Below, in pieces: positions 1 through 64,000 of a stretch of 64,000 nt of DNA. Numbering within the stretch: position 1 is the first letter of the stretch; each line of letters begins with the position of its first letter. The notes under the pieces are model-generated. The model did no database searches, was not told the origin of the DNA, and saw only the letters and a list, made by a program, of their open reading frames with translations. Source of the DNA: the human T2T-CHM13v2.0 reference genome, Homo sapiens; assembly GCF_009914755.1 (NCBI RefSeq), contig NC_060940.1; one strand, given 5' to 3'. The position numbers and the translations under genes were made by a program.

Positions 1-77
1 TAAGCTGGTAGAATGAGGCTTGGCTATTTTGCTACTTACGAGATGACAACCTCCCTGAGAATGAAGACAGTCCAGGG

Positions 78-258
78 AGCCAGGCGTGGGTCATGCCTGT
101 GGTCTCAGCTACTGGGGAGGCTGAGGTGAGAGGACTGCCTCAGCCCAGGAGTTCAAAGCTGCAGTAAGCTATGATTGTACCACTGCACTCCAGCCCAGGT
201 GACAGAGCAAGACCCTGTATCAGGAAAAAAAAAAAGAGAGAGAGAAAAAGAAAGAAAG
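78..258 (+). mobile_element. Alu monomer (right-arm/FRAM-like) inserted in an old MaLR(MLT1)-like LTR remnant
   Basis: Alu right-arm sequence with A-rich tail; flanks resemble MLT1. Confidence 0.7.
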
Positions 259-522
259 TCCAGGGAAAAGCAGAACTAAAAGAGACTGAGACCAAGTTCA
301 AATCAACATTGTTTGAGCCTCTGGCTCCAGCCATGCCTGAAGTCATCCTATCTCTGATTTTTCAATTATTTAAACCAATAGACGCCCCCCCCCCGCTGTT
401 TTCATGTTTAAGTTAGCTGGAATTAGGGTTTCTAGTAGTTATAGCGGAAAGCATCCCGAGTTTTACATCCCTGCTTATGAGGAAGAAGGGTTTCTCCCCT
501 TCATATTAATGCCTTGGCTTAA

Positions 523-2245
<1,723 letters not shown>

Positions 2246-2299
2246 TTGAACATTCTTAGGTGAGTCAGGATTTATCCGTCTTCCCCTCTTGGGTTATTT

Positions 2300-2640
2300 A
2301 TTTGTCTTCGAGTTCCAGGATGGGCACTTGATCCAATCAGCTACTCAGTTCTGGAAATTTCATTGGGAATCTCAGAAAAGAGGCATGCTCCTTCTAGGAG
2401 AGTTGCTAAGCTATTAGGGTTTAAGCTTGGAGCTACAAGAAGCTATTTTGCCACTAAGAGAGGAGAGCCTGCCTGAGGGTGAAGCCAAATGCATAGGGAA
2501 GGCAGAACCAGAGATGGTGAGCCACAGGTTCCTGATATCTTCTGGCCCCTGTGTTCACCTGTCTGAATCTGTCCGCTCTGGACTTTTCAATTACTTGGGC
2601 CATAGCTTCCTTTACTGTTTAGGCCAGCTGGAGCCGGGTC
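2300..2640. mobile_element. Degenerate MaLR (MLT1-like) LTR fragment
   Basis: GAGAGCCTGCCTGAG..GAAGCCAA..GGACTTTTCAATTAC..TTTAGGCCAG resembles an MLT1 3' region. Confidence 0.5.
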
Positions 2641-2799
2641 AATCAGACACTGGATGGGTGGAGGATCTCACTGTGCTCATGCTTTCAACTACCCTCCGTA
2701 CTTTAATTGTTCTCGATTTCTCTAACTGGCCTTGATGTCTCTTCTTAGCTCCAGACTATATGCCCACAGACGTCCCAAAAGCACGTCTGGAATTGACCT

Positions 2800-3742
<943 letters not shown>

Positions 3743-3849
3743 TGACCTCATTATTTCTACCCACCCCCTCCCCCACCACTACCACCATCTTCATCTCCAG
3801 CCTCAGAGATGCAAACTCCTGGACCGCCTGCCCCTTTCCTCAGATAAAC

Positions 3850-4750
3850 CAAGGTCGTAAGTTCAGGCTCCGCCTCCCCGCAGGGCCTCCCCAAGGTCAC
3901 CCGCTTCTTTCCTCGCTCAGCTCCTTGGTGGCGTTGTCCGCGTGCCCCTCCACAGCGGGGCCGGCGCTCTAGGCTGCAGCGGGCCGTTCACACAGCCTCA
4001 TCATCTCGCTGGTTTCCGGTGCTCGGCGGCTACTCTAGCCCTCAGCCGGGCCCTGGGACTCTATCCCCTAAGGCCGGTTCTCTATGGTCGACATCGCCCC
4101 TTTGTCCCGAATTTCCTCCGGGAGGACGCTCTGGTGGGATCCAAGCACTTCCCCCGCTGCGTCTGTGGTCGCTTTTAGGTGCAACTGGAGAAGGCACTGA
4201 AGCCCTACGAGATTCACACCGTCTTCGGTCTCCTGGGGTCGGCGCCGAGTGGGAGGATGGCGGAAGTAAGTATGAAGGTGCCCTTCCCTCCCGCCGCTGT
4301 TCTCTATGGTCGCTTCCTTCAGCGACGGGAAAGGGGGTCCTGACGCCTGCGCGGAACCGGGCTGGGCGCTCGTCGCGTAGTGGGTGGGGGCGCTGGGAGC
4401 GGGAGCCGCCGCCGCCGCCGGAGCTAACCTCGGGGACCGAGATGCAGGTGGGACCGGAACCGGAACCCCCCTCTTCAAGTACCTTTTCCCTCTCCGCGAC
4501 CCGGCCCTGGCGCCCGAGAGGATTCCTGGGTGGGGGTGGGCGTGGAGGGCCGGGGGCTGGAGAGGCACTCGGCCCCGGAGAGTGCAGCAGACAGGGCTGG
4601 TCCCGAGGTGGATGCGGCCCCGGAAAATGGGCGGCTGGGGGGTGTCCAGGGAGTAGGGTCGGGTCGGAGTATATGGACCACCGGGCCCGGAGGGTCCGAG
4701 CCGAGAGCGGAGCCTGCACCCTCCACCTCCCGCCCTTCGGGAAATATCAG
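3850..4750 (+). promoter_or_regulatory. SH2B1: CpG-island promoter / non-coding first-exon region of SH2B1
   Basis: Very GC- and CpG-rich ~0.9 kb upstream of the SH2B1 CDS; ATGGCGG (YY1-like) overlapping CGGAAGT (ETS) at ~4257-4267; candidate donor CAG|GTGGGA after 4447. Confidence 0.8.
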
Positions 4751-5204
4751 AACTGAGCCAGGAGGCAGGTGCACCGGGAAAATGTGTCTGAGTCCTGCTT
4801 GGCAGAAGAGAAACTGAGTCACCAGCTTAGGAGTCGCAGGGTCAGCGGGCCTGAAGGGGGCTGGGTCTGTCTGCGGTGCGGAGGATTGGGTGGGCCTGTG
4901 TGAGCCGAGGTGGCCGCTGGCTGGAGATTGGTTTGCACTTCTTGGCTGGGTTCCCCCGTGCTCCATGACTCCTGCATCTCCTGATTGTTTCTCGTTGGTT
5001 TGGAGTTGTCCCTGCGGTTGGAGCCATCTGAGCTTGTAGGGTCGAGGCCCAGGAGGAAGGGGAGGGTTCACCGACTTACAGCCTGGCTGTAGGTTTGAAC
5101 AGGAGTCTGAGGTCGCTGAGGGTTTGGGGAGGCTTTCCTGAGCTGCTCTGGCCCCAGTCCTGGGGCTGTCACCTTCCAGTATTGCGTGGCGGGAGGAGCG
5201 CTAA

Positions 5205-5580
5205 CAAGAGCCAAGGGTTGTAAATTCCACACCCAGCTCTGCCACTTTCTAGTTGTAAGACCTTGAGAGGGCTCCTCCTTTCTCTAATTTCTATTTTAGA
5301 AAATTGGAACAATAATATTCTTCTCCCACATGAAGATAGTAACAATGGCAGTCGTTCAGCGGATGCTTACTTTGCGTTCAGCGCTGACATACCCCATTCC
5401 ATGTAATTCTCTCAACATTTCGAGGGGAGGGATCATTAGCTTTGTTTAACAGATAGAAAAACGGAGGCTCAGAGAGGACGTGGAATTTGTTCAAGATAAC
5501 ATCGCTCATAAGGTGGCTGGACTGGGTGCTCATAAGGTGGTTTGAGCCCTGGTCTGACTCAAGTCCATGGCCTTAACCAG
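5205..5580. mobile_element. MIR fragments
   Basis: CCCAGCTCTGCCACTT..GACCTTG and ACAGATAGAAAAACGGAGGCTCAGAGAGG core-like motifs. Confidence 0.6.
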
Positions 5581-6419
5581 AAGGCTAACCTGCCTTTAGG
5601 GCATACTCCCCAGTGGGAGAAGAGGAAGGTGAAAAATCCTAGGGCCCCAGCTCTCCCTGTGATGTTTTGTTTACGTGAGGCCAGCAAAGACTTGACCTGA
5701 GCCAACCCAGTTTCTCCTCTGGGGCCCCTGCGGCCTCTGGCCCCAGACTGAAGGGATACCAAAGAAGTGGGCTGTAGCTATTTCACATCTCCTTCACGCA
5801 GTGCGTGGGTGCTGGACTCTGGGGTCAGCTTTCAAGACAATTACTGTTTTGGTCCATCATGCATCCATCCTCATTAATGAATCGGCCCCCTCCAAAGAGT
5901 TGGACCCTAAGATGCGTGAGGCAGGCTCTCTAAGGTCTAGAATCCCAGCTCCTCTCTAGCCCCCTGCGAGCTGGGGCGGTGAGGTGCTATGGCTGAGGCT
6001 GGCCCAGCCGGGCCCTGGGGACAGGGACTATGAAGTGGGGAAAACAGTAGACTTGGAGTTCTGAAACTTTTCTGAGCTTCGGTTTCCTCATCTGTTCGAG
6101 AGGTCTTTGAAACCTCTCAGGGAAAGGTAAGATAACCAAGTGGGAGCCTCTAGAATGGCTCATGGGAAGTGTGACATGAATATTGGAGGATCCGATGTAG
6201 AGGGGGGGTGATCTGGAAAAGTTCCCTTTTTTAGGGGGAAGGTGCTCCAAAGCCCTCTACTGCTGGATCCAAAGCTAAGGAAAGTGGGGGCAAATGTGGC
6301 AGGCTCGGGGCAGGTTAGACGCTGGGGAGCCAGTTGGCTGGGGCCTGCAGGGTGCCAGGATCTGGGAGAGGGAAGGGAGGTGTTGGGCTCCCTTCCCCAT
6401 TGCTCTCTGCGGAGTCTGA

Positions 6420-14322
<7,903 letters not shown>

Positions 14323-14680
14323 GCCAACCCCACCCGCTCCACCCTTTTTAAACCCCCCAGCCCTGCTCGTGAGATTGGGCTGGGTAGGGACAGAGGAGGC
14401 CGAAATCCCTCCCCCATGCTTCCTGACCCTTGTTGGCCAAGGGCATCTTTGATGGTACAAGCAGAGGCTCGGGAGAGGCTCCCGTCACACACTACAGGTC
14501 CCCTCCCCAGGGCAGGGGATTTGGGCTCCATGAGCTCCTTGAGGGGCTCTTCTGGTCAGCCCCACCCTGGGGGCCATTTCCCCATTAACTACCCCCAGCC
14601 CGAGGCAGGGTGAGGGGGAAGGGCTGTCAGTTACATTAAGGTGGTTGTTGTTGTTGTTTTAAACAAAATGGAGAAGCATA

Positions 14681-14690
14681 AATAAATAAA
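14681..14690 (+). terminator. SH2B1: SH2B1 polyadenylation signal (overlapping AATAAA x2)
   Basis: AATAAATAAA ~360 nt after the alpha stop, GT-rich sequence downstream. Confidence 0.85.
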
Positions 14691-15291
14691 AAGGTTTATC
14701 TCGGTTCTATCGTGATGGCTATGGCCATTGTTTGCTGTGGGGACTGGGGACAGTTGGGTTGGGAAGGCAGCCCACTCAGTGCCCACAGGCCAGAGGGCTG
14801 GCCCAGGCCAGTCCCCATCATTCTGCAGTGCTGTGCTTTTGGAGCCATCCCTGTGTCTGACAGCCTTGTTCGTGGAGCACTAAATGATGCTCTTGGGGTC
14901 TCCTGCGAGTTTTTGTCATGGGACAGTGCTGTGAATGGCAGGCATGGTGATCTCCAGCGGCCCTTCCTGAGTTATGGCTTTGTACCCTAGAGAGAGCTGG
15001 CAGTGAGAGATGGGAGGCACGGTGGCTGTGCTGGAAGAGATTGAACGTGGCAGTCACAGGGTAGCCGCAGAGGGGCCCAATGGCCCCCTTCTCAAAGCCA
15101 GGCTGGAGGGACGGCAGAGGGCACTAGCTTCTGTCCTGGCCTTGCCACTCACTGGCCTGGGCAAGGTGTAGCCACGCCGGGCCTGAGCATCCTCATCTGT
15201 GACATGTGAAGTTTCATCTTGAGTCAGAGCTGCTGACATGGTTTGCTTGGCCTGGACATGGTGTCCATTTGAGTTTCACATTAAAAATTCA

Positions 15292-15603
<312 letters not shown>

Positions 15604-18600
15604 TCACTGGCTTCTCTTAAAAATCAGAAGATCCAGTGATGTGGGTCCACTTCCACATCTGCCCCATCCCCACCAGCTCACTTTGCTCCCTGGGAGGGCC
15701 TGGCCCTGTGGGCATTTGAGTTTATAACACCACCCCCATTGTGGCACACCCCTCCACCCCGTAAAACACAGGCTCTGCTCTTGGAATCAGTCTTCCTGAT
15801 CTGTGGCTGTGCCCTCCAACAGAGGGCACCCCTGGGCTTCCCAGCTCTGGGGGTAGTGGGTGCCAACAAGGAGGGGCCTGGGGCTGAAGAATCCCACCCG
15901 CTGAGCTCGGCCTTCTCCCTTCCCCACTGTCCAGCTCCGCCTTTCAGCATCCTGCCTCACTCCCCGCCCAGGCAGCAAGGAGCCCACACCCTCATGCCCC
16001 TCAGCTTCAGCCCCCACCTCCAGGAGGCCCTACCCACGCTCATGACCTTGCTATTCTGGGCCTTGTGTCCTGTAGGGAGATGGACAGGAGACAGCTGGGC
16101 TTCCAGGCCACCCAGGCGGGGGGCTAGCCGAGGGAAGCCTGCTGGCTCTCCTGCTTGCTCTAATTTCTGGGGCTCCCCAAACCTTGGCCTCAGGAGACTG
16201 GGGATAGGACCGGCCTTGAAAGTGGGGGAAGCTTTGGAGAGCCGGGTGCTGGGTTCTTAGTGAGATGGCCAGTGAAGGCTGTGGTGCCCCGAGGTAAGCA
16301 GGGCCTGATCCCCTCCTAATCTTCCAGCAGCAACTGGTGCTCTGAGGCTCCCCCTCCCCCAGCCCTGCCAGCCTTCAGGGACCTGCCTTCCAAAGATGGG
16401 CAGGGGAGGGGGACGAGGACACCCACCCACTCCTCAGACCAGCATGTCTTGGCTGTTGGGGCCTGAGAGACTTTCCCTCTAAGCCTTTCTTTACAGATGG
16501 TTAAACCGAAGTTCTGCACTCATCAGGGACTGGCCAGGGTGTCTCTGTGTCCCATGCTTTTAGCTCCAGCCCTCAGGTGTGACAGGAGGATCACTTTCCA
16601 TCCCTGGGCGTGGAGACCCCTGTGGGAAGGGATCCCCGAGGGCGCCTCTGGCTCAGCCTCCCTCCATGGCAGTTCACACCCACAGCCTTCCCTAGAGCAG
16701 CCCTTCTGCAGCTCCTGGCGGGTGGCTTTCCCTCCCTGGCTTGTTTCCCCCTCTGGGAAGCCGGGGGAGGTAGAAATGAATAACCTTAAAGGCCTGTTGG
16801 CAGGAATGTGCTGCCAAGCCTGCCCCCTGCCCTCTGTCTCAGGCTCTCGACTCCCTCGAAGCTGCCCATCTCTCCGTCTGCCCCTCTCCATGTTTGGGCA
16901 TTCCCACTGCTGTAAGACAGTAGCCCCTGTCACTCCTCCAGGTGCCGGTGGGGAGACGCCGGCCAGCGCCAAAAGCCTTGGCGGGTGTGAGCCTGAGTCC
17001 AGCGGAGACGGTGGGTGCTGGGCCGGGTGGAGGTGCCGGGGGCTGTGTCTCTTGGAAGAGAGGCTGCTAATGCTCTCCTGCACCCCCAATTCAGCCCACT
17101 GTCCCCCACTCCCCTCAGGTCACAGCAGGATTCTGCTTCAGGGGAGGGGTTTGTTGGAACTGTGAAAAGGAGGCAGGAAGGAGCACCTTGTCCTCAACTC
17201 ACCCAGGAGGCCGCGCCTCACCCAAGTCCAGGCAGAAGGGATGCATCTGGGAGGCTGAACCCTCAAGTTCCATCCACCCCTGCTGCCATCCCCCTCCCCA
17301 AAAGTGGGGGCCTCCCTTTTCTTTGCTCTGCTGTCTCCTATTCTGTCCTCTGCTTCGGAGTTTGAGCCCCAGAATGGAAAGCAGCCTTAAGAAGCCACAC
17401 TTAGGAAGTCCACATGCCTCTGCTCATTTCAGGAAACAGGCCTAGACAGAGGACGGACTTGAGCCCAGGGCACCAGGCCCCTTCCCCTCACTGACCTTTC
17501 ACCCTGACTCTCATCCAGCCTTTCTGCCTGCCTGTCCTCCCCTTCCTGCACCCCTGGTACCCTCCCTCGGCTCCTCCAGCAGCTGCCCTGGTGGTAACCA
17601 AGAGACGCCCCCATCCTGGAGCAGGGGTGGGGAGGGGCAGCTCAGAGCAGCTGCTTCTCTGAGGAAGCTGACACCAAGGCCAGCATTCAGCAACAACTTG
17701 TGGCTTTGCACCCAGCGCCGGGGTCCCCGCCCACCTGGCTCCCTGCTGTCCCTCTTCCCCACTGCTGCTCGGACTTCCCTCTGACCCTGGTGGCTCTGTG
17801 TCTCTGCTCCCTTTCCCCCTAGGTCTAGACATCTGTCCTTATTTCCCCCAGACCTGTCCCCAGAAGTCCACCCTTCCCCATTCCTTTGGTCTGGAGCCCC
17901 TGCTTGGTCCAGCTTCCCCAGGCCCCGACACCTTTCTGTGGGGTCTGCCTAGCTCCTGCACGCACACAGCATGGGCCTGATCCTGTTCCCCTCGTGGACA
18001 GATGCAGCAGGGCAGAGTGCAGCGCAGACCACAGGCCTCTGGGGCTGGCCACAGAAACCCCGTTGGTTAGAGCACAGTGTGGGATGAGGTGACCCTCAGT
18101 GCACGACTTGGGGTGACCCCTGCCCCCATCCTGAGACAGTTACCCCTCCCCCTCTGCCATCAGCACATTCTGTAGCCTCTTGGGTTACTTGGCTGCCTTG
18201 GTGTCCCATTTTCTTGGGGGTGGGGTGGGGATTCCCTATCCAGGATGGGGGGGCCCTCAGGGCTCTGTTCCCAGAGGCTGAGTTAGAGCGATGGGGAAGG
18301 GGGGGGGCAGTTTTGGGGAGAGACAGGCAGTGCTGGCTTTGCTCACCAGGGCCTGGACACTAAATCCCTTGTTGATGGCTGTGGCAACCCCTCCCTAGGG
18401 TAGGGTTACCATCTTCGGCCCTGTCCCCTTGACTCTCTCCCCTCACTTCCCCTTGTCCCTCTAGGAGCCACTCACTTCCTCTAGCCCCCAAAAGATGTTC
18501 TCCCTTCATCAGTCCCCCAAAGGCTTGGGGTATCTCTGCCACTGCTTCAGCAAATGGGGTGAGGAGGAAGGAGACTGCGGCAATGGAAACAGGCTCCGGG

Positions 18601-18904
18601 CAGATGAGGCAGGAAGGGGGGTGTGAGGAAAGGGACAGGTGAGGCCGGGGATGGAAGAGGGCTCAGGGAAGAACTGGGGGGATGAGTTTGGAATGGGAAA
18701 TTCAATGCAGCTGGGGAAGTCGAGGCAATGGGGGGGCAGGGTCAGTAGCAGATGACAGAAAGTGAAGTCTCTCCCTACCCCACTTCCCTGGGGCTGGGGC
18801 TACCTTTGCGTCCCTCATGAGTGACATCTCAGGCTGCAGCCCCACTGTTCCCCCTCTGTCAGCAGAAATATCTCTCTTTTTCTGACCCCTCCTGCTGGAG
18901 TCTC

Positions 18905-18995
18905 AGCCAGCCAATCCCTGATCTGGTGGAGGGGGGAGCCCGGCCTCCCCCTGCTCCCTCATAAGGACCAGCTGGGGGCCGGGGGGTGGCCGGCT
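18905..18995 (+). promoter_or_regulatory. ATP2A1: ATP2A1 core promoter: CCAAT 18911-18915, TATA-like CATAA 18960-18964 inside a CArG-like CCTCATAAGG, E-box CAGCTG ~18969-18974
   Basis: Motifs read directly; spacing implies a TSS near 18990, ~180 nt before the ATG, matching the CCAAT/CATAA arrangement described for mammalian SERCA1 genes. Confidence 0.7.
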
Positions 18996-19171
18996 GCTCA
19001 AGTGGGACGGGGGTCAGAGCTTTGTGGAGGGAAGAAAAACCTGGAGGGGGCAGGAGAGTAAAAAGAAGAAACCCAGGCAGACAGGCAGTTGGACACACTG
19101 AGGAAGACCCCCCACGAGTGGGAACCCCCTGGAAGGAACACACCGGCCCCGGCCCCCAGGAAGGGAGCACA

Positions 19172-44699
<25,528 letters not shown>

Positions 44700-44930
44700 G
44701 CATCCTTTTGCTCTGTCCTCCCCACCCCGATAGTGACACATCTTCAGGCAGAGCTGTGGCACAGACCCCCGTCCTGTCCCCCACACCCGTGTCATGTGTC
44801 TGTTTATAAACATGTCCCCTTCCCTTTCCTTCCCCCTCGGCCACCCGCCTCCCTCTCAACCTTGTAAATTCCCCTTCCCAACCCCGAGGGGCTTGCAGGG
44901 ACAAGGCGACCGACTGCGCTGAGCTGCTTA

Positions 44931-44945
44931 TTTATTGAAAATAAA
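44931..44945. terminator. Back-to-back poly(A) signals: RABEP2 (TTTATT 44931-44936, AATAAA on -) and ATP2A1 (AATAAA 44940-44945, +)
   Basis: TTTATT-GAA-AATAAA between two convergent stop codons. Confidence 0.85.
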
Positions 44946-45436
44946 CGACGGAAAAGTCTGGCCTTGCCTCTGTGCAAGCTTGGAGGCCTGGGTCGCCGCT
45001 GTGGACAAGCGTCTTAGTGTCATGCAGACCAGAAGGCAGCTGCCTGTCCCAGGGCCGGGGCCCACCTCACTGCCTCTGATGGGGACTCCCAGCCCCCATG
45101 GCTCCGCTGTGCCCTGGGCAGGGGACGGGCTGGGGGCAGGGGAGGGCTGGAGCCCAGGAGGCAGCACAGCAGCCAGAAAGCCGCAGGCCTGAGCCTGCAC
45201 CTTTGGTTCCGGGAGGGGCTTGGGCCCCTCACCCAGGTGTGATCCCTGAGAACAGGAGGCCCAGCCACCCTGGGAGGAGGCGCTGGAGGGCGGGGCGGTG
45301 GTGGCCCCCGTCAGTCCCCTCAACCCCAGTCTCAGGGACGGTGGAAAAGCCATCCAAGACCCCAGAGCGAGGCCTCATGGTTCAGGAGTGGGGAAAGGCG
45401 TCTTTCCCAGGGTGGGGGTGGGGATATCCTGACCCC

Positions 45437-61048
<15,612 letters not shown>

Positions 61049-61455
61049 CTGGTGGGGGAGAGGGAGGGTGGGAGAGAGGGAGGGTCAATGAGCCAGCCCT
61101 GCCTGTGGGCGAGCAGGGGACTCTTGATGCACTGACTCTTTCTGTGAGACAATCTACCATAGCAGTTGCCATGGCAGGCTTTGCAGAAATTGACCTGGGC
61201 AATCACTCAGCCTCTCTGTGCATCAGTGTCCTTAGGTGCAAAATGGGGACACTACTGATCATCCTTCTGGTGGCTACAGACTAAATGAGATGACATATCT
61301 AAGATAAATAGTGTACAAAAAAATAAAATAAAATAAAAAATAAAAATAGATGAGATGACACAGGCAAGGTGTCCAGCCCTTTCTCAGGCACACAGAAGAT
61401 GTGACACTGTTCCTATTAATATATACCAGGAACAGTCAATATTTAAGAACGGTAA

Positions 61456-64000
<2,545 letters not shown>

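Noticed and set aside
4019-5071. Overlapping 166-245 aa ORFs on both strands
   Set aside because: Stop-poor CpG-island sequence, low complexity, no recognisable domain
5504-5540. GCTCATAAGGTGG direct repeat
   Set aside because: Small local duplication inside a MIR remnant; no functional cue
16497-17165. 222-aa (+) and 188-aa (-) intergenic ORFs
   Set aside because: No domain or splice structure; expected by chance at this GC content

Overview
Human genomic DNA from the Alu-dense distal 16p11.2 region, recognised from the encoded proteins. It contains three protein-coding genes. (1) SH2B1, complete, + strand: CpG-island promoter at ~3.85-4.75 kb, CDS 6597-14322, with alpha/beta/gamma/delta C-terminal splice forms reconstructable from the sequence. 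(2) ATP2A1/SERCA1, complete, + strand: 23 exons, 19172-44699, with SERCA1a vs SERCA1b set by the 42-nt exon 22; the antisense lncRNA ATP2A1-AS1 probably overlaps its 5' end. (3) The last 11 coding exons of RABEP2, - strand (61048-45437), ending tail-to-tail with ATP2A1 at back-to-back poly(A) signals. Exon boundaries were read by hand from GT-AG sites; for SH2B1 and ATP2A1 the phases sum to the known protein lengths. Most long ORFs in the supplied track are Alu- or GC-content artefacts. I see no evidence of a wholly new gene system. The best second-look items are: consensus 5' splice sites, a candidate 3-nt microexon and a duplicated motif flanking ATP2A1 exon 22; a 45/49-bp non-repeat duplication bracketing the ATP2A1 promoter; a possible stop-free ATP2A1 exon 7-8 circRNA; a young AluYb8-type insertion; serial Alu arrays sharing one target site; and the SH2B1 Ala484 allele. 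Repeat coordinates and subfamily calls are approximate.
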